Shown here: positions 1 to 7,889 of the stretch, one piece after another | Layout of the letters: each line of letters opens with the position of its first letter | How positions within the stretch are numbered: position 1 is the stretch's first letter | DNA from: Halomicrobium mukohataei DSM 12286 | GTDB lineage: Archaea; Halobacteriota; Halobacteria; Halobacteriales; Haloarculaceae | Assembly: GCF_000023965.1 (NCBI RefSeq) | Contig: NC_013202.1 | Span: forward strand, 1,080,001-1,112,000 | Length of the DNA stretch: 32,000 nucleotides | Direction of reading: 5' to 3' | The notes under the pieces: model-generated | Databases searched by the model: none | The model's input: only the letters and a program-made list of their open reading frames with translations | What the model was told of the DNA's origin: nothing | Made by a program: the position numbers and the translations under genes

Positions 1-2
1 AC

Positions 3-473
3 TTTCTCAGTACCGACACCGACCACCTGCTGGTCGTCTCGACGCGGACGACGGCTCGCGAGGTCGAACAGAAGCTGGAGTACTACGAGGTCGACGAGGA
101 CCGGGCGACGATCCTCGATACGCTGTCGGTCGAACGGGGCTACACGCGCCGCAAGTCCGACAACGTCCAGTACGTCTCCGCGCCGGACGACTGGGCGGCC
201 ATCGTCGAGCAGACCGAGCAGTTCCTCGCGGACCACGAGGGCAAGCGGCGGGTGACCTTCGACTCCGTGACGGAACTGATCTACTACGCCGACGAGGACC
301 AGGCCGTCGAGGCGCTCGGCCAGCTGCTCGACCTGCTCGCCGAGTACGACGCCGTCGGGCTGTTCCACCTCGCCCGCGGCGTCCACGACGACGAGACGCT
401 CGACCGCTTCCGGGAGCTGTTCGACGGCGTCGTCGAACTCGACGAGGACGGCTCGATCACCAGCCAGTTCTGA
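3..473 (+). CDS. C-terminal part of a conserved acidic haloarchaeal protein, possibly a RecA/KaiC-superfamily ATPase-like fold; the 5' end lies outside the window
   Basis: Frame 3 is open from the window edge to TGA 471-473. Manual translation gives FLSTDTDHLLVVSTRTTAREVEQKLEYYEVDEDRATILD...DEDGSITSQF. Composition is acidic and coherent. The functional call is only a resemblance. Confidence 0.7.
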   Translation, partial: FLSTDTDHLLVVSTRTTAREVEQKLEYYEVDEDRATILDTLSVERGYTRRKSDNVQYVSAPDDWAAIVEQTEQFLADHEGKRRVTFDSVTELIYYADEDQAVEALGQLLDLLAEYDAVGLFHLARGVHDDETLDRFRELFDGVVELDEDGSITSQF

Positions 474-481
474 TACGAACG

Positions 482-545
482 GTTGTAGGCGTTTACCCAG
501 TCGACCGCACGACGGCGTGCGGTCGATCTGGTAAAGACCTACAAC
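482..545. repeat. Long imperfect hairpin (about 29 bp arms), member of an intergenic hairpin repeat family
   Basis: GTTGTAGG/CCTACAAC, TTTACC/GGTAAA, CAG/CTG and TCGACCGCAC/GTGCGGTCGA pair around the loop GACGGC. The core CGACCGCACGACGGCGTGCGGTCG resembles the cores at 5469-5530 and 17381-17430. Confidence 0.7.
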
Positions 546-650
546 TTTCCGTATGAGACGGCCCGGCCGTCGCCGTCAACGCCGAACCGCGACCGCGCTC
601 GCATCGAGGAACGAACCATTAAGAGGCCAGATTTCCTTGTTGAGAGACGT

Positions 651-809
651 ATGCCGGAATGCCAGAACTGCGGTAACTTCGTGACGGCTGACTACGCACG
701 GGTCTTCACACCCAACGGGGTCGATGCACCGCGGGTCTGTCCGCAGTGCGAGGACAAGATTCGCGACGGCGCGGGCGTTCGGGAAGCCCGGTCGACACGC
801 CGCGGATAG
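651..809 (+). CDS. Small zinc-ribbon protein (52 aa; CxxC...CPxC)
   Basis: ATG 651 to TAG 807-809 gives MPECQNCGNFVTADYARVFTPNGVDAPRVCPQCEDKIRDGAGVREARSTRRG. It is below the ORF-track length cutoff. A paralog with the same MPEC..CG..V...ARVF....CP.C pattern lies at 4977-5126. Confidence 0.75.
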   Translation: MPECQNCGNFVTADYARVFTPNGVDAPRVCPQCEDKIRDGAGVREARSTRRG

Positions 810-923
810 TCTCCGATCGTCGCGCGGTATGACAGACACGCGAACGCTGCGGTTTCTCTCGTCGCACGTCGTGCTACAGTCGAGCGCGCGTAGCGAGCGC
901 TCGGTCGGGGAGTCCCGCCGGTC

Positions 924-2237
924 TCACTCGCGGGCCCCGGCGACGGCGTCGCGTGCGATCTCGAAGGCGTCCCTCGCCCGCTCCTCGTCTCGTGCCTCGG
1001 CGGTGATCCGGACCAGCGGCTGGGTCCCGCTGGCCCGGACCAGGAACCACGCGTCCCCGAGGTCGACCCGAACGCCGTCGAGCGTCGCCACGTCGTCGTA
1101 CTCGGCCGTGATCCGGTCGGCCAGGCGATCCACGACGGCGCGCTTGTCCTCGACGGCGATACTCTCGCGGCGGATCGGATAGTCGGGCACCGCGGCGACG
1201 CGTTCCCGAAGCGGCTCCTCGGCGTGGAGCGCCACGAGCCGGCAGGCCGCGAGGGGGCCATCGGGACACAGCGTCTGGTCTGGCCAGATCCAGGCCCCGC
1301 TGGGCTCGCCGCCGAAGGCGACGCCCGGCCGGCTCGCTCGCTCGGCCACGTACACGTCGCCGACGGGCGTGTACGTCACCGCCACGTCGGCCTCTGCGAG
1401 GAAGTCCGCGACCGCGAGGCTCGTGTCGACCGGCACCGCGACGGTGTCGCCGGGCGACGCCGCTTCGCGGGCGAAGACGGCCAGCAGTTCGTCTCCGGAG
1501 ACGAAGCTTCCGTCGGCCGTCGCCGCCCGAAGGCGGTCGGCGTCGCCGTCGTGTGCCACGCCGAGTTCGGCGTCCGTGTTCGCGACCAGCGCCGACAGGG
1601 ACGCGCAGTTGTCCGCGGTCGGTTCGCTGGGACGGCCCGGAAACGAGCCGTCCGGCTGGGCGTTCAGCGTCTCGACCGCACAGCCCAGCTCCTGGAGCGC
1701 GTCGACGCTCACGCCGCCCGCGCCGTTACCGAGATCGACGGCCACCGGCGGTGCGTCCGCCGGAGCGAGCGAGACGGCGTCCGCGATCGTCCGCGCGTGG
1801 CGCTCGCGGCCGTCCCACGTCGTCCGCGTGCCGAGCTCGTCCCACGCTTCCAGATCGGCGACGCCGTCGCGGACCCGCTCGGCGATCCGCTCCCGGCCGG
1901 CCTCGTCGAACGCCTGCCCGGAGGGCTGCCAGAGCTTGATCCCGTTGTCTGGCGCGGGGTTGTGCGAGGCCGTGATCGCCGCCCCGGCGTCGGCGTCGCG
2001 CCACCCGACCGAACGGGCGACCGTCGGCGTCGCCGCCACCCCCAGGTCGATCACGTCGGTCCCGGACTCGCGCAGTCCCGCCGCCAGCGCGTCGGTCAGT
2101 AGCTCGCCGGACTCGCGAGGGTCGCGACCGACCACCACCCGATCGGCCTCGACGCCCAGCGCTCGACCCACGTCGAGGGCGAGTGCCGCCGTCACGTCCT
2201 CGCCGACTGGTCCCCGGATGCCGCTCGTGCCGAACAT
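924..2237 (-). CDS. glmM: Phosphoglucosamine mutase / phosphohexomutase family
   Basis: 437 aa. The N-terminus MFGTSGIRG, the active-site TASHNPAPDNGIK and the DGDADR Mg-binding loop are typical of alpha-D-phosphohexomutases. Confidence 0.9.
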   Translation of the reverse strand: MFGTSGIRGPVGEDVTAALALDVGRALGVEADRVVVGRDPRESGELLTDALAAGLRESGTDVIDLGVAATPTVARSVGWRDADAGAAITASHNPAPDNGIKLWQPSGQAFDEAGRERIAERVRDGVADLEAWDELGTRTTWDGRERHARTIADAVSLAPADAPPVAVDLGNGAGGVSVDALQELGCAVETLNAQPDGSFPGRPSEPTADNCASLSALVANTDAELGVAHDGDADRLRAATADGSFVSGDELLAVFAREAASPGDTVAVPVDTSLAVADFLAEADVAVTYTPVGDVYVAERASRPGVAFGGEPSGAWIWPDQTLCPDGPLAACRLVALHAEEPLRERVAAVPDYPIRRESIAVEDKRAVVDRLADRITAEYDDVATLDGVRVDLGDAWFLVRASGTQPLVRITAEARDEERARDAFEIARDAVAGARE

Positions 2238-2328
2238 ACCGACAGGTCGCGAGAGCGTGATAAAAAGTATGCGTCGTCTAGTCGCCGACGCTCGTCACTT
2301 CGGTCCACGGCACAGTCTCGCCCGCCGA

Positions 2329-2559
2329 TCACTCTGTGAGCGGGAGGACGATCCCGAACAGGAACGGAGTCACGAGCGCGATCACCAGGCCGACCAGCTC
2401 CAGGTCGAACAGCAGCGTCTGCTCCCAGCCGGGGACCGGGCCGCCGATCGCACCGGCGGCGGTCCCACCGAGGCCGCCGATCGCGAACAGGGCGACACCC
2501 AGGAGGAAGCTTCGTTTCGTCAGCGTCGCGTAGTCGACGTTTCCGTACCGTCCTGCCAT
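2329..2559 (-). CDS. Small membrane protein (76 aa, two predicted TM helices)
   Basis: Internal ATG (cat 2557-2559) of ORF 2329..2817 gives MAGRYGNVDYATLTKRSFLLGVALFAIGGLGG...LVIALVTPFLFGIVLPLTE. The upstream extension is low-complexity and overlaps the divergent gene. Confidence 0.6.
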   Translation of the reverse strand: MAGRYGNVDYATLTKRSFLLGVALFAIGGLGGTAAGAIGGPVPGWEQTLLFDLELVGLVIALVTPFLFGIVLPLTE

Positions 2560-2644
2560 GGTTGGAACTCCGACGACGGAAGCCATAGTGGTTGCGATCC
2601 CGCGAACCAAAAGGTACTCGGCACCGACTCCGGTGGATCTGTGC

Positions 2645-2902
2645 ATGGACTCGGAACTGTTCGATCTGTTTCCCGAACTCGTCGAGTTGCTCGTCGCCGG
2701 CCTGAGCACCGCCGTGCTGTCGGTCGCCGGCACGTACGTCGAGCGGTTCGCGTTCGCGACGATCCAGACCGGCGACACGACCGCGGGCGCGTGGGCCGCC
2801 TTCATGGGCGTCGCCATGCTCTTTCTCGCCTACGTCGTCGTCACCGACCGCCTCGTGCCGACGCTGTTCGAGGTCACGGGACGCGCCGGGTCGTCCGAGT
2901 GA
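2645..2902 (+). CDS. Small membrane protein (85 aa)
   Basis: ATG 2645 gives MDSELFDLFPELVELLVAGLSTAVLSVAGTYVERFAFATIQ...MLFLAYVVVTDRLVPTLFEV. It has an acidic N-terminus and hydrophobic helices, and is divergent from 2329-2559. Confidence 0.6.
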   Translation: MDSELFDLFPELVELLVAGLSTAVLSVAGTYVERFAFATIQTGDTTAGAWAAFMGVAMLFLAYVVVTDRLVPTLFEVTGRAGSSE

Positions 2903-2971
2903 GACTGCCGACTCGCGAGCCCGCCGCCTCGGAGAACAAACGTTTTGTCCGCGTCCGTGGACCCTCCGGAC

Positions 2972-3652
2972 ATGAAACAGGGCGGGAGCGACGACGCGAA
3001 GCGTGCGGCGGGAGAATCGGCCGCCGAGGCCGTCGAAGACGGGATGGTGGTCGGGCTCGGGACCGGCTCCACCGCGGCCCACGCGATACGGGCCATCGGC
3101 GCGGCCGTCGACGCCGGGCTGGACGTGACCGGGGTTCCGACCTCGTTTCAGTCCCGCGAACTCGCGCGGGAAGCGGGGATCCCGTTGACCGACCTCGACG
3201 CCGCCGAGATCGATCTCGCGATCGACGGCGCGGACCAGGTCGCTGGCGGGTGTCTCGTCAAGGGCGGCGGCGCGGCCCACGCCCGCGAGAAGATCGTCGA
3301 CACGGCGGCCGACCGGCTCCTCGTCGTCGTCGATCCGACCAAGGAGGCGGACGTGCTCGACCACCCGGTCCCACTCGAACTGCTGCCGGCCGCCAGACGG
3401 CCCGTCGCGGCGGCCGTCGAGCGACTCGGCGGGGAACCTGAGCTTCGCCGCGCCGAGCGCAAGGACGGGCCGGTGGTGACCGACAACGGTAACCTCGTGT
3501 TCGACTGTGCGTTCGGTGCCATCGCCGACCCCGCCGCGCTGGCGGCGGACCTCGCGACGATCCCCGGCGTCGTCGAGCACGGCCTGTTCGTCGACGTGGC
3601 CGACGAGATCCACGGCGGGACGGCTGACGGCGTCACCGTTACCGAACTGTAG
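2972..3652 (+). CDS. rpiA: Ribose-5-phosphate isomerase A
   Basis: MKQGGSDDAKRAAGESAAEAVEDGMVVGLGTGSTAAHAIRAIG, DLAIDGADQV and KGGGAAHAREK are RpiA signatures. ATG 2972 is preferred over the TTG at 2945 used by the ORF track. Confidence 0.9.
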   Translation: MKQGGSDDAKRAAGESAAEAVEDGMVVGLGTGSTAAHAIRAIGAAVDAGLDVTGVPTSFQSRELAREAGIPLTDLDAAEIDLAIDGADQVAGGCLVKGGGAAHAREKIVDTAADRLLVVVDPTKEADVLDHPVPLELLPAARRPVAAAVERLGGEPELRRAERKDGPVVTDNGNLVFDCAFGAIADPAALAADLATIPGVVEHGLFVDVADEIHGGTADGVTVTEL

Positions 3653-3712
3653 CCACCGATAGCGCCACGGCTGGTCGGTTCGCGTCGAAAAAATCGATCG
3701 AGGGTGTCGGCC

Positions 3713-3880
3713 TTACAGGTCGCGCGGCTGGACGGTCTTCCGGTCGTTGGCCTCGGCTCGGCGGGCGGCGTCTGCGAGCAGCTCCTCGACCTCGTCGTCG
3801 AGGGCTGTGTAGAAGTCGGAGGCAACGTTCATGTCATCGAGCTCTTCCTTCACGGCTGCTTTGACGATTAGGTCTGCCAT
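3713..3880 (-). CDS. Small DUF1931 / histone-fold-like protein (55 aa)
   Basis: Internal ATG (cat 3878-3880) gives MADLIVKAAVKEELDDMNVASDFYTALDDEVEELLADAARRAEANDRKTVQPRDL. This matches my recollection of the small archaeal DUF1931 family. The upstream ORF extension looks non-coding. Confidence 0.7.
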   Translation of the reverse strand: MADLIVKAAVKEELDDMNVASDFYTALDDEVEELLADAARRAEANDRKTVQPRDL

Positions 3881-4125
3881 ACAGAGAACGTGTTCCAGGT
3901 GCCATGTTAAATACTTTCCTGAATCATGGCCCTCTCGCCGGTATTGACGGGGGTTTGAGCCACTTTGACACTCGACACCCCATATAAATATGGCCGATCT
4001 GGCTCGCTTCGGGGTGGCCTCGACCACCGAAACCGCCGCTGGCGACCGCTGGTGTGTCGCTCGCGCGCGAACGCGGCGGGCGAACAGTTGGAAAGAGTCG
4101 AGTGTGCGCGCTCCAGAGAGTGGGT

Positions 4126-4893
4126 ATGCGCGAACTACTCGACGCCGTCGCCGCGGGCGAGGTCACGCCCGCCGAGGCCGAGGCGGAACTCGCCGGCTAC
4201 GCCACGGGTGAGGCCGGTCGATTCGACGCGACCCGGGAGCAACGCTCCGGCGTCCCGGAGGCGGTGCTGGCGGACGGAAAGACACCGACGGAGGTCGCAC
4301 AGCTGGCCGCGACCGCGCTGTCGACGACCGGTCGAGCGATCGTCACCCGGGCCGACGAGGCCCAGGCCGGTGCGGTCCGAGAGCGCCTCGACGACGTGGC
4401 ACCGGCGGCGACGCTGTCCTGGTCCGAGCGGTCCCGCTGGCTCGTGGCCCACGGTCCGGAGTACGAACGACCCGACCTCGACGCCAGCGTCGGCGTCGTC
4501 ACCGCCGGCACCTCCGACGCGGTCCCGGCGGGCGAGGCGGCGATGATCGTCCGCGAGATGGGGGCCGACGTGGAGCGCGTCGACGACGTCGGCGTCGCCA
4601 GCCTCGTCCGCGTCGTCGACCAGCTCCCGGCCCTGCGCGAGCAGGACGTGTTGATCGTCGCCGCCGGTCGCGAGGGGGCGCTGCCGACGGTCGTCGCCGG
4701 CCTCGTCGACGTGCCGGTGATCGGGCTCCCGGTCTCGACCGGCTACGGCCACGCTGGCGAGGGCGAAGCGGCGCTGTCCGGCATGCTCCAGTCCTGTACC
4801 GCCCTCTCGACGGTCAACGTCGACGCCGGCTTCACGGCCGGCACGCAGGCCGGGCTGATCGCCCGCCAGATCGACGATGCGAGCGGCGCGTAA
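4126..4893 (+). CDS. larB: LarB-like nickel-pincer cofactor biosynthesis protein (PurE/AIR-carboxylase-like domain)
   Basis: MRELLDAVAAGEVTPAEAEAEL..., VGVVTAGTSDAVPAGEAA, LIVAAGREGALPTVVAGLVDVPVIGLPVSTGYG. The start is taken at ATG 4126. Confidence 0.8.
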   Translation: MRELLDAVAAGEVTPAEAEAELAGYATGEAGRFDATREQRSGVPEAVLADGKTPTEVAQLAATALSTTGRAIVTRADEAQAGAVRERLDDVAPAATLSWSERSRWLVAHGPEYERPDLDASVGVVTAGTSDAVPAGEAAMIVREMGADVERVDDVGVASLVRVVDQLPALREQDVLIVAAGREGALPTVVAGLVDVPVIGLPVSTGYGHAGEGEAALSGMLQSCTALSTVNVDAGFTAGTQAGLIARQIDDASGA

Positions 4894-4976
4894 CGCCCTA
4901 ACTGTGTTGGCATGTGAGGCTATGGAACTGGCTCCCATACGTGTGAGTGCCGGACGCCGAGAGACCGGCTTCAACC

Positions 4977-5126
4977 ATGCCAGAGTGCGATCACTGCGGC
5001 GCGCACGTGTCGGATCGTTTCGCTCGAGTGTTCGCGGACAAGAGCGGCAACGTCCGCGCCTGCCCGAGCTGTTCGGCGAACGCTGGAATCGCCGAGGTCG
5101 CCCGAGAGCGCGCCCACAAGGTGTGA
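4977..5126 (+). CDS. Small zinc-ribbon protein (49 aa), paralog of 651-809
   Basis: ATG 4977 to TGA 5124-5126 gives [49 protein letters not shown]. It shares the MPEC-x2-CG ... ARVF ... CPxC layout with the first copy. Confidence 0.75.
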   Translation: MPECDHCGAHVSDRFARVFADKSGNVRACPSCSANAGIAEVARERAHKV

Positions 5127-5214
5127 GGCCCGACTGGGCCACCCGTACCGTGGTACTAGTACCACGCGACGCCCTGTTCTGTCGACGAACTCCCCAGCCC
5201 CGGGCACGCGACCG

Positions 5215-5457
5215 ATGAGCGACCACTACGTCTACGTCCTGCGCTGTGCCGACGACACGCTGTACACGGGCTACACGACGGACGTACAGCGCCGCGTGGC
5301 CGAACACGACGCCGGCGAGGGCGCGAAGTACACCCGCGGTCGGACGCCCGTAGAGCTGGTCCACGTCGAGTCCTTCGAGAGCCGCTCGGCCGCGATGAGC
5401 CGCGAGTACGAGATCAAGCAGTACTCGCGGGGGCGGAAAGAGCGACTGATCGAGTGA
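5215..5457 (+). CDS. GIY-YIG nuclease family protein (80 aa)
   Basis: [27 protein letters not shown]...KYTRGR...E.KQ matches the stand-alone GIY-YIG (UPF0213-like) pattern. Confidence 0.85.
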   Translation: MSDHYVYVLRCADDTLYTGYTTDVQRRVAEHDAGEGAKYTRGRTPVELVHVESFESRSAAMSREYEIKQYSRGRKERLIE

Positions 5458-5468
5458 TATAGTAACAA

Positions 5469-5530
5469 TTGAAACGATTTACACACCGATCGCACTGCCG
5501 TCGTGCGATCGGGTGTGCATTGATTTTCAA
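5469..5530. repeat. Long imperfect hairpin, same family as 482-545, opposite orientation
   Basis: ACACACCGATCGCAC / GTGCGATCGGGTGTG arms lie around TGCCGTC, with outer TTGAAA/TTTCAA and CGAT/ATTG pairing. Its reverse complement aligns with 17381-17430, sharing TGCACACCCGATCGC. Confidence 0.7.
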
Positions 5531-5597
5531 CGGCTACTATACTGTCGGCGGTAGCGCGGACGGGAGCTTTTTGCCGGCCGGGGTTGCACTGCCAGCC

Positions 5598-7046
5598 ATG
5601 ACAGACGCAGACGCCGAGGCCATCGCCTTCGGTACCGACGGCTGGCGGGCGACGCTCGACGAGTTCACCGACGAGCGGGTCCGCATGGTGGGCCAGGGAG
5701 TCGCGACCCACCTCCGCGAGTCGGGCCACGACGGCGAGACGGTCGCCGTGGGCTACGACGCACGCGCTCACTCCCGAGGGTTCGCCGAGGAACTGGCCCG
5801 CGTGCTGTGTGCGAACGGCTTCGACGTGGTGTTGCCCGACCGAGACACGCCGACGCCGGTCGTCGCGTGGACGGTCGAGTCCCGCGGGCTGGCCGGTGCG
5901 CTGATGGTGACGGCGTCGCACAACCCGCCGGAGTACAACGGCGTGAAGTTCGTGCCCGCCGGGGGCCAACCGGCGCTGGCCGACGCGACCGACGCCGTCG
6001 AGGCGGCGCTGGCCCGACCGGACCCGCTGCCAGAGCCCGAGTGGGGGAGCGTCGAGGAGACGGACCTGCTGGCGGCGTACCTCGACCACGCGGTCGAGTT
6101 CGCCGGAGAGAGCCGCGACGACCCGGTCGATCTCGACGGGCTGACGGTCGCCTACGACGCGATGCACGGCAGCGGCCGCGGCGTCACCGACCGCCTGTTA
6201 GAGCGGGCCGGGGCCGACCTCGTCCGCCTGCGCTGTGAGCGAGACGCCGACTTCGGCGGTGGCGCACCGGAGCCCGTCGCCGAGCGCGTCGAGGCGCTGA
6301 TCGAGCGGGTCCGAGACGGCGACGCGGACCTCGGGATCGTCAACGACGGCGACGCCGACCGGATCGGCGTCGTGACGCCCGACCGCGGTTTCCTCGATCC
6401 GAACCTCTTCTTCGCCGCGGTGTACGACGACCTGCTGGCGACACGCGGGCGCGGGCGACCGGAGGGTGCTGGATCGGCCGGCGTCGTGCGGACCGTCTCG
6501 ACCAGTTCGATCGTCGACCGCGTCGCCGCGGCCCACGGCGAGTCGGTCCACGAGACCGCCGTCGGCTTCAAGCACGTCGCCGCGGCGATGGCCGAACACG
6601 ACGCCCTGATGGGCGGCGAGGAGTCGGGCGGGTTCGGGCTCACCGCACACCTCCGCAACAAGGACGGCGTCCTGCTGGCGCTGCTGGCCGCCGCGGCCGC
6701 ACACGATCGGCCGCTCGACGAGCGCGTCGACGCGTTGCTGGCCGAGCACGGCGAGATCCACCAGGGCCGGATCAGCGTCGACTGTCCGGACGACCGCAAG
6801 GAGCGCGTGCTTGGGGCCCTGGAGTCGGCGCTCCCGGACAGCGTGGCCGGTCGCTCGGTCGACTCGGTCTCGACGGTCGACGGCTTCAAGATGACGCTGG
6901 CAGACGGCACCTGGCTCCTCGTTCGCCCCTCCGGCACCGAGCCCAAGCTCCGGGTGTACGCCGAGGCGACGAGCCGCGAGCGGGTCGACGAACTGCTCGC
7001 CGCCGGGCGCGAGATCGTCACGCCCCTCGTCGCCAGCGCGGAGTGA
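5598..7046 (+). CDS. Phosphomannomutase/phosphoglucomutase (alpha-D-phosphohexomutase family), second paralog in the window
   Basis: MTDADAEAIAFGTDGWRA, TASHNPPEYNGVKF, NDGDADRIG, GGEESGG, RPSGTEPKLRVY. The start is at ATG 5598; the upstream extension covers the hairpin repeat. Confidence 0.9.
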   Translation: MTDADAEAIAFGTDGWRATLDEFTDERVRMVGQGVATHLRESGHDGETVAVGYDARAHSRGFAEELARVLCANGFDVVLPDRDTPTPVVAWTVESRGLAGALMVTASHNPPEYNGVKFVPAGGQPALADATDAVEAALARPDPLPEPEWGSVEETDLLAAYLDHAVEFAGESRDDPVDLDGLTVAYDAMHGSGRGVTDRLLERAGADLVRLRCERDADFGGGAPEPVAERVEALIERVRDGDADLGIVNDGDADRIGVVTPDRGFLDPNLFFAAVYDDLLATRGRGRPEGAGSAGVVRTVSTSSIVDRVAAAHGESVHETAVGFKHVAAAMAEHDALMGGEESGGFGLTAHLRNKDGVLLALLAAAAAHDRPLDERVDALLAEHGEIHQGRISVDCPDDRKERVLGALESALPDSVAGRSVDSVSTVDGFKMTLADGTWLLVRPSGTEPKLRVYAEATSRERVDELLAAGREIVTPLVASAE

Positions 7047-7059
7047 TATCGTCGAGACG

Positions 7060-7440
7060 CTACGCACGCTCCAGGCGACCGCGATAGCGTGACTCGGCCT
7101 CGCCGACCGGCTCGATCGCGAACCCGAGCGTCTCGTAGAACGGCCGGACCCGCTCGTCGAACGTCGCCACGAGCCGCCCACGTTCGGCCAGCGCCCGCTC
7201 GACCAGTGCCGAACCGATCCCCTGCCCGCGTCGGCGACGGCGGACGGCGACGCTGACGATCCGATCGCCGTCCAGTACGAGCGCCCCCAGCACGCGCTCG
7301 CCGTCGTCGGCGACCGCGAGCAGGGTCTCGCCGCGCCGGAGACTCGCTTTCAGCCGGGCGGGCTCGGTCTCCAGGGCCGCCCCGTCGAGGACGTTCGCGA
7401 CGGCAGCCCGATCGGCCGGCGTCGCCTCGTGGACCCGCAT
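7060..7440 (-). CDS. GNAT family N-acetyltransferase
   Basis: 126 aa with acetyl-CoA motif A: VAVRRRRRGQGIGSALVERAL. Confidence 0.85.
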   Translation of the reverse strand: MRVHEATPADRAAVANVLDGAALETEPARLKASLRRGETLLAVADDGERVLGALVLDGDRIVSVAVRRRRRGQGIGSALVERALAERGRLVATFDERVRPFYETLGFAIEPVGEAESRYRGRLERA

Positions 7441-7490
7441 CGTCTCGTACTGGCGAGCCCCGCCAGAAAGTGTTTCCCTCTCTCGGGACG

Positions 7491-7870
7491 ATCGTGTTCA
7501 GATAAGAGATCGGTGCAGGCAGTCTGAAGCACCGAAAGCCCTCGGCTCGCTCGGCGGTTCTGCGGCGGATATCCTCACTCCGTTCGGATAGTGCCGCCGC
7601 AGAACCGCCGACCGCGCCTCGCCCTTTCATCCCCCAGGATTCGGCTGTTTACCGGTCTAAACCCTGGCGGATGAAAGGGCGAGTGTAGTTGCGGGAACCC
7701 CGACGAAGTCTGCTCACGGGCGCAAAGCGCCCGTTCGCACGGCCAGAGGGACTCGGAGAGTCCCTCTCGGCAAGCACGCGAAGCGCGCGCAGCGAGTCGC
7801 GGGACCGCAACTGCACGAGGGCTTTCGGTGTCTACAACGCAGCAAATGCAGCGGCTTATCTGAACACTAC
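7491..7870 (+). mobile_element. MITE-like non-autonomous element, copy A (highly structured, no coding capacity)
   Basis: Terminal inverted repeats are GTGTTCAGATAAG (7494-7506) and CTTATCTGAACAC (7855-7867). Flanking 10-mers TCTCGGGACG (7481-7490) and CCTCGGAACG (7871-7880) match 8/10. It is homologous to 27879-28309. Nested stems: 7530-7544/7816-7830, 7552-7568/7594-7610, 7619-7638/7663-7682 and 7684-7694/7805-7815. Confidence 0.8.
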
Positions 7871-7889
7871 CCTCGGAACGGCACCACGC

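Noticed and set aside
2329-2817. Full-length ORFs 2329..2817(-) and 2558..2902(+), which overlap each other
   Set aside because: Only the hydrophobic 3' portions look like proteins. Internal ATGs at 2559(-) and 2645(+) give non-overlapping divergent genes.
1369-3441. Very long ORFs such as 1369..3441(+), 2192..3613(-), 6152..7630(-), 7890..9221(-), 11303..12853(-), 13637..15151(-), 24235..25350(-) and 29358..31895(-)
   Set aside because: Their translations are Arg/Pro/Ala/Gly/Ser low-complexity strings. They overlap, antisense or out of frame, genes with clear family signatures. This is the typical stop-codon-poor artefact of high-GC DNA.
3990-4211. ORF 3990..4211(+), and the upstream extensions of larB, rpiA, uvrB, the phosphomannomutase, both rhodaneses and the CBS gene
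   Set aside because: The extensions are basic or low-complexity and cover promoter or repeat DNA. Internal ATGs coincide with the conserved N-termini of each family.
7491-7870. Possibility that the structured element is RNase P RNA, SRP RNA or another housekeeping ncRNA
   Set aside because: It is present in two diverged copies with terminal inverted repeats and target-site duplications. I could not find the universal RNase P (GAGGAAAGUCC-type P4) or SRP motifs.
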